The notes under the pieces: model-generated
What the model was told of the DNA's origin: nothing
Seen by the model: the letters and a program-made list of their open reading frames with translations, nothing else
Databases searched by the model: none
Translations under genes and position numbers: made by a program
Origin: Octopus sinensis
Lineage: Eukaryota
Length of the DNA stretch: 64,000 nt
NCBI RefSeq assembly: GCF_006345805.1
Contig: NC_043003.1
Coordinates: forward strand, 17,050,001 to 17,114,000
Direction of reading: 5' to 3'
Shown: one piece after another, positions 53,362 through 64,000 of the stretch
Position numbering within the stretch: position 1 is the stretch's first letter
Layout: every line of letters begins with the position of its first letter

Positions 53362-54030
53362 ATAGGAGAAAGAAAGATCCCGAGGCGGGAGGACAGAGGA
53401 AAAAAAAATGCAGGTAGTCTTCACGAGGTCACATACTAAAAAGACGGAAGTGGTAAAAAAGGAGGAAAATGTTTTTTAAAAACAGGAGAGCTGAATCAAA
53501 GAGGGAATGGTAAAAAAGGTGTGCGAGATGACAAGGGTGTGTGTGTGAGTGTGTGCGTGTGTGTGTATGTGTGTGTATGGTGGACAATGGCTAGTAGCAG
53601 GCAGTAGTAGAATTAAAGGAGTGGTGTGGGGGTACCCTAGCAAGTCAGAAAGGCAGATCAGAAACAGGGAGGTATGTGTGTGTGCGTGTGTATGTATGTG
53701 TGAGTGTGTGCGTGTGCGTGTGTGTATGTGTGTGTGAGGCGAGATAAAAAAACAAAAAATATGTATATGTTAGTGCGTGCAGGGCGAACAGATGACATAG
53801 CAAGTCTAAAGTGAGTGGTCAGTGGTAAAAAAAAGGAGGGAAAGGGTGGGGGCGTATGTAACGTGCCAGTGTGTGTGTTGAGTGGTAGTGTGTGTGTGTC
53901 CAGTGTGCGTAGTTGTGTGTATGGCAAGTAAATTTGAAGTGTGTGTAAGTGTAATGTATATATATGCAAATGTGTGTGTGTGAGTGGGTGTGTGTATGTG
54001 TGGTGCGTGTGTGTACAAAAGGGGGGGGTT

Positions 54031-54088
<58 letters not shown>

Positions 54089-54502
54089 CATTCACACATA
54101 TGTTACAGACACACATCCGGAAGCATCTATTTAAACACAGTCGACGTACAGATCGTTTTTATTCTTTTGCTTCACTTTCTAGACTGCGGCCATGCTGAGG
54201 TACCATTCTGCTGGGTTGATTTTAGTCCGACCAAGTCAGGCCCAGCCCATATTTTGAGATTTTTATGTGCATTATAAGTCTTATATTAGTCGAGCTGTTA
54301 AGTAACGGGAACATAAACAACCCTCTATCGGTTCTCAAGTGGCGAGAAATGAAACGCACTGATCATTTCTAATGTAGGCACAATGGAACTTATCTTATTG
54401 ACCCAGAAAGAATGAAAGGCAAAGTCGTTCTCGATAGGATTTGAACTCGGAATGTAACGACGTACACAATGATGCCAAGCATTTTATCCGGCTTGCTAAC
54501 GA

Positions 54503-54549
54503 TTCTACGGCTGTTTCCAGGATATCTGTTATATCCCTTCATCGGAGAC
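54503..54549 (-). ncRNA. hammerhead-like motif, CCGAUGA core, stem I 3' strand lost
   Basis: gtct CCGATGA a gggatat aacag atatcct g GAAA c agcc GTA, then SINE-C sequence; paralogue of 51479-51526. Confidence 0.55.
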
Positions 54550-54734
54550 GGTGTGAGAGGGTGGTTTAAGAAATAGTTAATTTAGATAAGATATAAAATA
54601 GAGAGTGAGGTGGCGGAAATAAAATAAAAGAAAAGAAAAGAAAATAGATGTGAGATATGTACGGATATTACATTTGTAGTTCCATTTTTTGAGGCAAAAT
54701 GGTATACTTATAAGACTCCAATACCTTATGAGTA

Positions 54735-54821
54735 ATGTATGTATGTATGTATGCATGTATGTATGTATGTATGTATGTATGTATGTATGTATGTATGTAT
54801 GTATGCATGCATGTATGTATG

Positions 54822-54855
<34 letters not shown>

Positions 54856-54950
54856 TGTATGTATGTATGTGTGCCTGTATGTATGGATGGACGGATGTAT
54901 GTATGCATGTATGTATATATGTATGTATGTATATACATAGGAATTTGTAC
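54735..54950. repeat. (TATG)n microsatellite
   Basis: direct reading. Confidence 0.95.
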
Positions 54951-55419
54951 ACACACACGTTCGCATGTATATATTTATAATATAAATATATTAATATGAG
55001 CCTCGGGCACTGACATTCAAGAAAGGAAATTCCCCCAAATTCTTCACCCTATCATTGTAAGCGGTGAAGAGCAAAGCACGCGGTGGTCGTCGTGGTGTTA
55101 GCCGTTGTATAACGTTACCGAGCATTCTTATAGGGACGTTGTTGGCGTTAGTATTTCCGCTTTATTTCCTGAATCTACAAATATGATGAACCAAGTTCAT
55201 TATCATAAAGATTTATTGAACCGACAAAGCAGCAACGGAAAGGACTTTCAAGCTGTGTTCTTTTATTTACAGTGAAATGGATTTCATTTATGAAAAGCCC
55301 CAAATACACGTAAGGCAAGCGTTGTGGGCTCTCTGCATTTCTGTTGAATCTGTATTTGTTTTTTTTTATTTGTTTTTTTTTTACCCTGATGCTTCTCATT
55401 CTCAATTTGATATATCGTC

Positions 55420-55673
55420 ATAATCAACATCATCATTGTCATCGTCGTTGTTATCATCATCTTCAGCGTCATCACATCAACCATCCTCCTGCTCCAGCGT
55501 CCCCTCCTCCTCCTCATCTTCCTCTACATCATGATCATGATCATCATCATCATCACCACCACCACCACCACCACCATCACCACCAGTGCCACCATCATCC
55601 CCATCATCATCCTTATCGTCGTCGTCATTGTCATCATCATCATCGTCATCGTCGTCGTCATACCCACCACCAC

Positions 55674-55712
<39 letters not shown>
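55420..55712. repeat. (CAT)n/(CAC)n/(CGT)n trinucleotide array
   Basis: direct reading; source of the poly-His and poly-Asp ORFs. Confidence 0.9.
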
Positions 55713-55911
55713 ACAGAAAGACAGGGTGTGATCTGGCTTCAAAATTTCGCTGGTAATGGATTATCAAACTGCGTCAGAAACCCCGTACAGAGATAACTTC
55801 GAAGTCACTGCCACCTGAGTTGCTTTGTAATAAAATATCCAATATTCGTGGTCTTGAGTAATTTTTTTTAGTCATTGATGTTTCTTACTGATTAATACAA
55901 GCGTGTGCACG

Positions 55912-55955
<44 letters not shown>

Positions 55956-56014
55956 ATGGATACGCAACTGAAACAATATTCAATGAAAATAGCCATCTAC
56001 GTAACATGCTTAAT

Positions 56015-56448
56015 GTATATACACAGTTAATAGGCCTGATGCTGCAGTGTTTGACCTGAAATAACATCTTTAATGGACGTGCTAAGTGAAGAGCATAATA
56101 AATATCAGAAGGAGACGAAAGCTCGTTTCTCCAGCGGCTAGCAAGGACTCCAGGTGCATTTTGGCACGGCACTTTTGGGGCTTCATCAATGTCATGTACT
56201 CTCAGCCAGCAAGATACTCGGGCGAGAATTCATCGTTTTTGAGAAACGAAAGAGTGAATAAAACATTCGCTGATGTTATGTGGAAACCACCTAAGTGGCC
56301 GAAATGCATCAGGCGTTCTCGCTGGGGGCTTGTGGGTTGAATTTTCAACTCACTCTGATATTTATTGTGTTTTTAACATTGCACGTCCACAAGATAAATG
56401 TCTTAGGACAAACTACCTCAGTAATTGGCCTATTTACAATGTGTATAC
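56015..56448. repeat. old diverged inverted repeat, arms about 150 bp
   Basis: gtatatacacagttaataggcc/ggcctatttacaatgtgtatac; ggacgtgc/gcacgtcc; ataaatatcaga/tctgatatttat; gtgcattttggc/gccgaaatgcat. Confidence 0.7.
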
Positions 56449-56511
56449 AGTATGATACATATACAGTTATAAACACACACACATATATGTACAGGTATAT
56501 CTATCTATATT

Positions 56512-56830
56512 GTGAAGGCGTGTGGCTTAGTGGTTAGGGCATTCGGTTCACGATTGTAAGGTCGTGAGTTCGATTCCCGGTGATGCGTTGTGTCCTTGAG
56601 CAAGACACTTTATTTCACGTTGCTCCAGTCCCCTCTGGTGGCAAAAATGAGTTCTACCTGTATTTCAAAGGGTCGGCCTTGTCACACTCTGTGTCACGTT
56701 GAATCTCCCTGAGAGCTACGTTAGGGGTACGCGTGTCTGTGGATTGCTCAGTCACTTGCACGTTAATTTCACGAGCAGGCTGTTCCGTTGATCGTATCAG
56801 CTGGGACCCTCGTCATCGTAACCGACGGAC
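56512..56830 (+). mobile_element. SINE with family B head and alternative tail
   Basis: gaaggcgtgtggcttagtggttaggg...gagttcgattccc...ccttgagcaagacact; tail as 19855-20105. Confidence 0.85.
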
Positions 56831-57273
56831 ATCCCCTAAAATTTTACATCTCTTTATAAAACAACCACTGAGAGATGGCGTACGCAATAACTGCAACTGT
56901 TGTAACGGCAGTCTGCAGTAATTTTCGCAGGGAAGAAAATAATTTAGGATTATTGTAAAAGGGTATCTTAATCTATATATAAATTTTATATGATAAATTT
57001 ATTTTTCTCCTTCTCTCTCATTTTTCACACAACTAATTATCTATGAAGAAATAGAACTTCCTTCTCGTATAACACTAACCTGAAATATCTTCCTTTTCTT
57101 TTTATCGTAACCCAAATGTATTATCTTTCCGTTTTCGTTGTAATAGATACTATAGTTTAATTACTAAACCCTTAGTGTGAGTGTGCGCGCGCGTGTGTGT
57201 ATGCGTGTGATTTCAGCAATGTGATTACACACGTGCTATAGCTGATTTCTTTCTTTGAACTTTTCCCTTTCTC

Positions 57274-57308
57274 CTTTCCGACGAAGAGCTATGCTCGAAG
57301 CGTCAAAC
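57274..57308 (+). ncRNA. degenerate minimal hammerhead-like motif, CCGACGA core, GAAG
   Basis: cttt CCGACGA a gagc tat gctc GAAG c GTC aaac. Confidence 0.45.
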
Positions 57309-57407
57309 TGTCTCTTTTCACCGAGTCCTCAAGCTAATGCATTCCTTGTGTACGCACTATTGTCCACTAATTATATTGTTTTTTTTAACCGATTGTTTAT
57401 TTGAATC

Positions 57408-57443
<36 letters not shown>

Positions 57444-57758
57444 GATATATATATATATAGTCGATATGTATATATATATATATATATATCTATAAAATTA
57501 TAATTTAGGGTATCTAAGAGATACCGCCACGCTGGAAATAGCAGCCAAAAATCTGACTCGGATAGGTTAATCTCAATCGCTACCAACGATGCACTTTCTA
57601 CACTACCAGTTTCGCGCCCATTGAGGTGTGCTGGTTTAGCCGCTGACGTACCGACCATATATAGGATTACATGTCCCCAATATCGTTCAAAAGTGAGTTG
57701 ATATATGCTTGTAGCATGTATAGCAAATCACTCATAAAAGAAAAAATGTCGCTTAGAT

Positions 57759-58061
57759 CAGTGCTAGTCAAAGCGATGGTCCGCGAACCGATGCCGGTCC
57801 GCGAGCCGTCAGCTGCCGGTACGCGCTGAGTTTCCGGAAAAGAAAGACACATTATAAAATGCTTATAAATGCTTATGTAATATTGTATTATTTGTTTACA
57901 AAATAAATATAAAATAAATAAAAAAATTGTCAACTTTTAGTATATTCCGTATATATATTTGTTTCCAGTATAAATTAATGTTACTAAGAAATATTACTGG
58001 TCCCTGGTACATTGGAACAAAAAACCTGCCGGTACACCACATCAGAGTTTGAGAAACACGG
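57759..58061. mobile_element. hAT-type MITE
   Basis: TIRs cagtgctagtcaaa / tttgagaaacacgg; 8-bp TSD gcttagat (57751-57758) / gcttagac (58062-58069). Confidence 0.85.
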
Positions 58062-58147
58062 GCTTAGACTGTATAAAAGAGAATTTAAATTTTAAAGTAG
58101 TAGTAGTAGTAGTAGTAGAAGTATTCTTCTTCTTCTTTTTCTACTTC

Positions 58148-58179
<32 letters not shown>

Positions 58180-58262
58180 TTCTTCTTCTTCTTCTTCTTC
58201 TTCTTCTTCTCCTTCTCCTTCTTCTCCTTCTCCTTCTCCTTCTTCTTATTATTATTATTATT

Positions 58263-58850
58263 AAGGCGGCGAGCTGACAGAAACGTTAGCACGTCGGGCG
58301 AAATGCTTAGCGGTATTTCGTCTGCGTTACGTTGTGAGTTCAAATTCCGCCGAGGTCGACTTTGCCTTTCATCCTTTCGAGGTCGATAAATTAAGTACCA
58401 GTTACGAACTGGGGTCGATATAGTCGACTTAATCCGTTTGTCTGTCCTTGTTTGTACTCTCTGTGTTTAACCCCTTGTGGGTCGTAAAGAAATATGTATT
58501 TCGCCTGCCGCTACGTTCTGAGTACAAATTCCGCCGAGGTCGACTGTGCCTTTCATCCTTCCGGGTCGATTAAATAAGTACCAGTTACGCACTGGGGTCG
58601 ATATAATCGACTTAATCCGTTTGTCTGTCCATGTTTGTACTCTCTGTGTTTAGCCCCTTGTGGGTAGTAAAGAAATAGGTATTTCGCCTGCCGCTACGCT
58701 CTGAGTTCAAATTCCGCCGAGGTCGACTTTGCCTCTCATCCTTTCGGGGTCGATTAAATAAGTACCAGTTGCGCGCTGGGGTCGATGTAATCGACTTAAT
58801 TCCTTGCCCCCAAAATTTCGAGGCCTTGCGCTCCAAGTAGAAAGGATTAT
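58263..58850 (+). mobile_element. SINE family C, head plus three tandem units
   Basis: as 3375-3965 and 14161-14645. Confidence 0.9.
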
Positions 58851-58854
58851 TGTT

Positions 58855-58855
58855 A

Positions 58856-58900
<45 letters not shown>

Positions 58901-59090
58901 GTAGTAGTAGTAGTAGTAGTAGTAGTAGCAACAGTAGCAGCATTATTATTAGTAGTAGTAGTAGCAACAGTAGCAGCATTATTAGTAACAGTAGCATTAG
59001 CATCAGCAGCAGCAGTAGTAAAGATGGTAGCAGCAGCAGCAACAGTAGCAGTGGCAGCAGAGGTGGTAGAAGTAGCGGCGGTAGCAGAGC
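58855..59090. repeat. (ATT)n(AGT)n(AGC)n trinucleotide array
   Basis: direct reading. Confidence 0.9.
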
Positions 59091-59526
59091 GCATAAGTAA
59101 AACATTGTTCTCTACGTAGGTAAAGACAACACGCTCGATGAAAGGCATTTGTTTTTCAGGCTGAGATAATAAGCATTTAAGAAGTTCTAGGTTTATCTTT
59201 TCTGTTGACTGGAATTCCAAAAAAGTAGACACAGTAATTTGATATTCCAGTGTATTAGCGTTAGCTTTGGAATGAGGAAGACTTGGCAGAATGGCCTGGA
59301 GATAATATTGGTCAGTGAATCTGCACACAGCCTTGCAAATCTGTCTACAATGGGTAGAGTGGAAAATTGATGCATTTTACAGAAAGAAAAGCAAACGAGA
59401 AAAAATACCAAGAAACTGGTGGTGGTACAGCTTTCAGCAGATTCTAGTAAAGAAGTTTGAAATAAATAAATAAATAAATAAATAAATAAATAGATAAATA
59501 AATAAATAAATAAATAAATAAATAGA

Positions 59527-59557
<31 letters not shown>

Positions 59558-59877
59558 ATAGATAAATAAATAAATAAAGACAATTGCTGTAAAAACTGTA
59601 TAAGTTTTACACATTGTTGAAGTAAATTTATCATGCACCAACTATCTTATACATTTTTTTTTTTGTTTTTGGTATCATACTAACGAGTGTTATCTGTTGC
59701 TAATTAATTAGTTGTATTGATATTTATGTTTTTTCGAAAGGAATGCACTGTGAAGGCAATTATCAGCTTGAATCGCAAAATATGTTTATATATATATATA
59801 TATACTATATATATATATATATATATGTGTGTGTGACTGAAACAAGTCATATAATGACTGAAACAAGTAAAAGTAAA

Positions 59878-59920
<43 letters not shown>

Positions 59921-60019
59921 AATCCAAACAAGAAAACACAAAAAAAAAAACAAATAAACACAGCAACGCGAGGACGTGGTACAAATAAAGTATTATTGGA
60001 CGCTCAGGGAAGAAGGGGG

Positions 60020-60053
60020 GTTTAACGTTTCGAGCGGAGCTCTTCGTCGAAAC
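60020..60053 (-). ncRNA. degenerate hammerhead-like motif (one core C missing)
   Basis: gttt CGACGA a gagc tcc gctc GAAAC GTT aaac. Confidence 0.45.
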
Positions 60054-60121
60054 ATAGGAGAAGGAAAGATCCCGAGAAGGGAAGACAGAGGGAAAAAAAT
60101 CGGCAGCGGTACTCACAAGGT

Positions 60122-60180
<59 letters not shown>

Positions 60181-60434
60181 CATACATATATATGCTCTTT
60201 TACTTGTTTCAGTCATTGACTGCGGCCATACTGGAGCACCGCCTTTAGTCGATCAAATCGACCCCTACAAGGCTGTGCCCTGGCATGGCCGCAGTTGGAC
60301 AAATGAAATGACTGTAACAAATGAAAGATAAAGGCTGTGGAATTTCTATGGTTAACTGAATAGCCATTGTCTAAGGCAGTGGGTCCCATAGTGGGCGGTA
60401 CTAAACACCTGGGGGCGGTGGAAAGATTCAAGGG

Positions 60435-60592
60435 TAGGAGTGGCTTTGTGGTAAGTAGCTTGCTTACGAACCAGATGGTTCCGGGTTCAGTCCCACTGCG
60501 TGGCACCTTGGGCAAGTGTTTTCTACTATAGTTTCGGGCCGACCAAAGCCTTGTGAGTGGATTTAGTAGACAGAAGTTGAAAGAGTCCCGTC

Positions 60593-60668
<76 letters not shown>

Positions 60669-60830
60669 TGTGTGTTTGACAACCGATGCTGGTGTGTTTA
60701 CATCCCCGTAACCTAGCGGTTCGGCAAAAGGACCCGATAGAATAAGTACTAGGCTTACAAAGAATAAGTCCTGGGGTCGATTTTCTCGATTAAAGGTGGT
60801 ACTCCAGCATGGCCACAGTCAAATGACTTA
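60435..60830 (+). mobile_element. SINE family A, fused at its 3' end to a SINE-C tail (about 60828-60900)
   Basis: ...cagtcaaatgacttaatccgtttgtctgtcc junction. Confidence 0.85.
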
Positions 60831-61810
60831 ATCCGTTTGTCTGTCCTTGTTTGTCCCCCCCCCCTGTGTTTAGCCCCTTGTGGGTAGTAAAGAAATAGAA
60901 TTAATTAGGTTACGTTTTATTTGTTTTGAATTTGCTACAAAAAGTAATTCTACGCTTGTGATGGTGACTGGTGGGGGACGCTAAGAATGTGGCCTGAGAA
61001 TGTGCCAGGGTGTGGGAGGGGAAGCCTGAAAATGTTTGGGAACAATGGTGTAAAAGCTAGGTGTTGCAAAGCATCTGCTCCCGTTCTCTACTCCGTCTGC
61101 GTGAAGTCACCCATCTGTCATATGATGCCATGGTGATAATAAATGCGAAAATATAAATCTGCTGTTTAGTGAACTGTACATTTATCGCGCAAAATAGAAC
61201 CTCGGTGTGTATAAAGTGTCTGCTTGCATCAAATATTTGTTGTTACTCAGGCTACGAACATCTTGTAATTCAGAAATGTTGGCATGCTTCAATATATCTC
61301 CAACGTTTATAACAACATGGATCGATGGCATGCATAGCAAAAGTAAACAACTTAGATTCAGTAATGAGATATCGAGTTACCTTCCTAGAGCTGTATACTT
61401 GTAGGTTTTGGTTTTTTCTGTCTGTGTGAAATTTAGGGTTAGCATATTTTTTTGTGTGAGATTGCGATGTAACAGCGTATAGTATTTCTGTCTATTGGTT
61501 TTTCATTTGTTTCGGTTATTGAACTTCGGCTTTGCTGAGGCCCCCGCCTTGAAGGGTGGAGTCCAACAAATTGCCCCCTTCCCCGGTACTTTTTTTAGTT
61601 TTTAAGTCTGGTACTTATTCTTACAGAAGGTTTTTGCCGAACCGCTGAATTACAGAGACGTAAACAAAACGGCACCGGTTGGACAGACATCAACACAGAG
61701 ACGCGTACATACACACATACATACAAATCTGCACGTACATGCATACATACATACATACATACATACACACACATACACACATACATACATACATACATAC
61801 ATACATACAT

Positions 61811-61843
<33 letters not shown>

Positions 61844-61960
61844 TACATACATACATTCATACATACATACATACACACACATACATACATGCATACATGC
61901 ATACATGCATACATACATACATACATACACACATACATACATACATACATACATACATAC

Positions 61961-62880
61961 GTGCGGCACTTACTCCCAAAGTGCAACCGCATGTATAGGC
62001 TATGCCATATTTCCATGGAAGACATCACGCATGTGATTAGCAGCTGTCCTAAAATGTCGTCACGGTACCACCTCCCTATGCGGCGCGATGTTTTCGCTAA
62101 AACAATTTACAGTGCCATCCGCAAGAAAGACTGTCCTGAAATACCAACTCAAGGGATACTAGTGGAATATTCCCATCAAAACTTCTGTCAAATGTAAGCA
62201 TAACATGCCGGATATTGTTGTTTGGGACAGATGGACAAAGGTATGTACCGTCAAAATCTCTCAAAATCTCTCGTGGAAGCGTCATCCAACCAAAATGCAA
62301 ATATATGGGAAACTACTACCTGTGTCATCTCTTGTGAAAGGTAGGAGAGTCCAGTTTGCTGGACATTGTTGTTGAGCTGAAAACGAGGCAATTTCTACTC
62401 TTCTTCTCTGGAAGCCATCTACTCGCAATACCAGAGGGCGCACACTCTCCTACCCTGATGTAATCTCCAGGGATACAGGCATCCATCAACAGGACCTCCA
62501 TAATGCTATGATGGACCGTGAAGTCTGGCGTAACATGGTCAATTCCATTGTCTCGACCACGATCGAACAATGATGATGATGATGATGTACCGTCATAGAA
62601 GTTAGCTGCCCTGCGGATATAAATATCTCTATGAAAGTCACAGAAAAAGAGGATATCTATAGACAACTGCTTCGAAACCTCCAGCTTCTATATCCAGACT
62701 ATGAATTCATAATCCTACCAATAATAATTGAAGCACTAGGTTTTGTTAGTAAATGCTTGCAGGAGAATCTGGATAAACTGAGATTTTCAGAAAGAGAAAT
62801 CGACTGGCTTATTCGTACATTACAAGGGCAATCTGTGAGTGGAACAGTAAAAATATGCAAGACTTTTCTCATATTTGTCT
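61961..62880 (+). mobile_element. 3' part of an RLE-type non-LTR retrotransposon (CCHC plus endonuclease), interrupted by an RTE
   Basis: RLCHISMEDITHVISSCPKM; HNMPDIVVWDRWTKVCTV-[insert]-IEVSCPADINISMKVTEKEDIY; ends SVSGTVKICKTFL. Confidence 0.85.
62254..62584 (+). mobile_element. 5'-truncated RTE-clade LINE 3' end with (GAT)n tail
   Basis: ISWKRHPTKMQIYG...RRVQFAGHC...LLLWKP...YPDVISRDTG...AMMDREVWRNMV; 11-bp TSD atgtaccgtca (62243-62253 / 62585-62595). Confidence 0.85.
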
Positions 62881-62979
62881 GTATTAACTACATCCCAAAG
62901 GGGGAGCTCGTGTCTTTGTTGGAAACCAGCTCCCTCCTCGGTGGAAGATTTATGATAATTAAAAAATATGAGACATAGG

Positions 62980-63385
62980 GGTAGGAGTGGCTGTGTGGTA
63001 AGTAGCTTGCTTACGAACCACATAGTTCCGGGTTCAGTCCCACTGCGTGGCACCTCGGGCAAGTGTATTCTCCTATAGCCTCGGGCCGACCAAAGCCTTG
63101 TGAGTGAATTTGGTCGACGGAAACTGAAAGAAGCCCGTCGTATATATGTATATATATGTATGTGTGTGTATATGTTTGTGTGTCTTTGTCCACCCTCAAC
63201 ATCGCTTGACAACCAATGCTGCTATGTTTACGTCCCTGTAACTTAGCGGTTCGGCAAAAGAGACAGATAGAATAAATACTAGGCTTATAAAGAATAAGTC
63301 CTGGGATCGATTAGTTCGACTAAAGACGGTGCTCCAGCATGGCCACAGTCAAATAACTGAAACAAGTAAAAGAGTAAAAGAGAAT
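62980..63385 (+). mobile_element. SINE family A, full length
   Basis: matches consensus. Confidence 0.9.
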
Positions 63386-63852
63386 ACATACATACATACA
63401 TAGATACAAAAATACTCTGTTGGTAACCTTTGGTTAGAAACCAGCTCTTTCTTTATTGGCAAGAAATCTTGAAATAAAACTGAATAATGACATACATACA
63501 TATACAACGGGCTTTTTTCTGTTTCCGTCCACCAAATCCACTCACTGGGCCTTGGTCAACCCAAGGCTATACCAAAAGATATTTGCTCAAGGTACTACGT
63601 AGTGTATTTGAACCCGAAATCATGTTGGGAAGAAATCTTCTCGCCAGACAATCATACCTACGCTTATATACAAGCATCATCTTTACATGGTTCCAGTCTT
63701 CATTTCTTTCTGAAGTTACTCTTGAATAATTCTATAAAGGTATTTAGACGTGTCTTTGTATTAGAACAGGATTTTGTAAATTATAAAGTCACTGAACTGT
63801 GGCCATGGTGGAACACCGCCTTGAAATGTTTTAAATGTATCAACTTCTATAA

Positions 63853-64000
63853 GTGGAGACACATGACCTAGTGGTTGGAGCAGCGGACTCGCAGTCGAGG
63901 GAATGCGGGTTCGAATCTCAGACCGGGCGATGTGTGTGTTTATGAGCGAAACACCTAAGCTCCACGCGGCTCCGGCAGAAGGTAATGGCGAACTTTTGCT
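63853..64000 (+). mobile_element. SINE family B variant head (runs off the window)
   Basis: gacctagtggttggagcagcggactc...gggttcgaatctc...gagcgaaacacctaagctcc, as the 7975 and 25440 heads. Confidence 0.8.

Noticed and set aside
55344-55796. His-rich protein ORF
   Set aside because: Entirely (CAT/CAC)n repeat, open in several frames on both strands; no splice context.

Overview
Eukaryotic, AT-rich, microsatellite-saturated intronic or intergenic DNA. The SINE families look like those of Octopus; this is my recognition, not a database result. I cannot support any host protein-coding gene, tRNA, rRNA or CRISPR array. The window is almost entirely mobile DNA: dozens of copies of three tRNA-headed SINE families; a young Tx1-clade LINE (ORF1 zinc knuckle, 958-aa APE-RT ORF2, 3'-truncated); R4/Dong-type RLE LINEs, two of them embedded in (TAA)n; an RTE 3' end with an 11-bp TSD; mariner/maT remnants; a hAT MITE with an 8-bp TSD; two non-autonomous Helitrons; several fold-backs; and a 1.33-kb tandem duplication. 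The most interesting signal is not in the ORF track. At least eight type-I hammerhead ribozyme (HHR) motifs, from four unrelated short repeat families, occur here. One canonical HHR (29847-29891, minus strand) sits in a 352-nt circularly permuted, strongly self-complementary unit that looks like a retrozyme (a ribozyme-bearing circRNA retroelement). Several other HHR copies have a variant CCGANGA core. Repeat boundaries are read by eye (about +/-10-20 nt) unless a TSD, TIR or motif fixes them.
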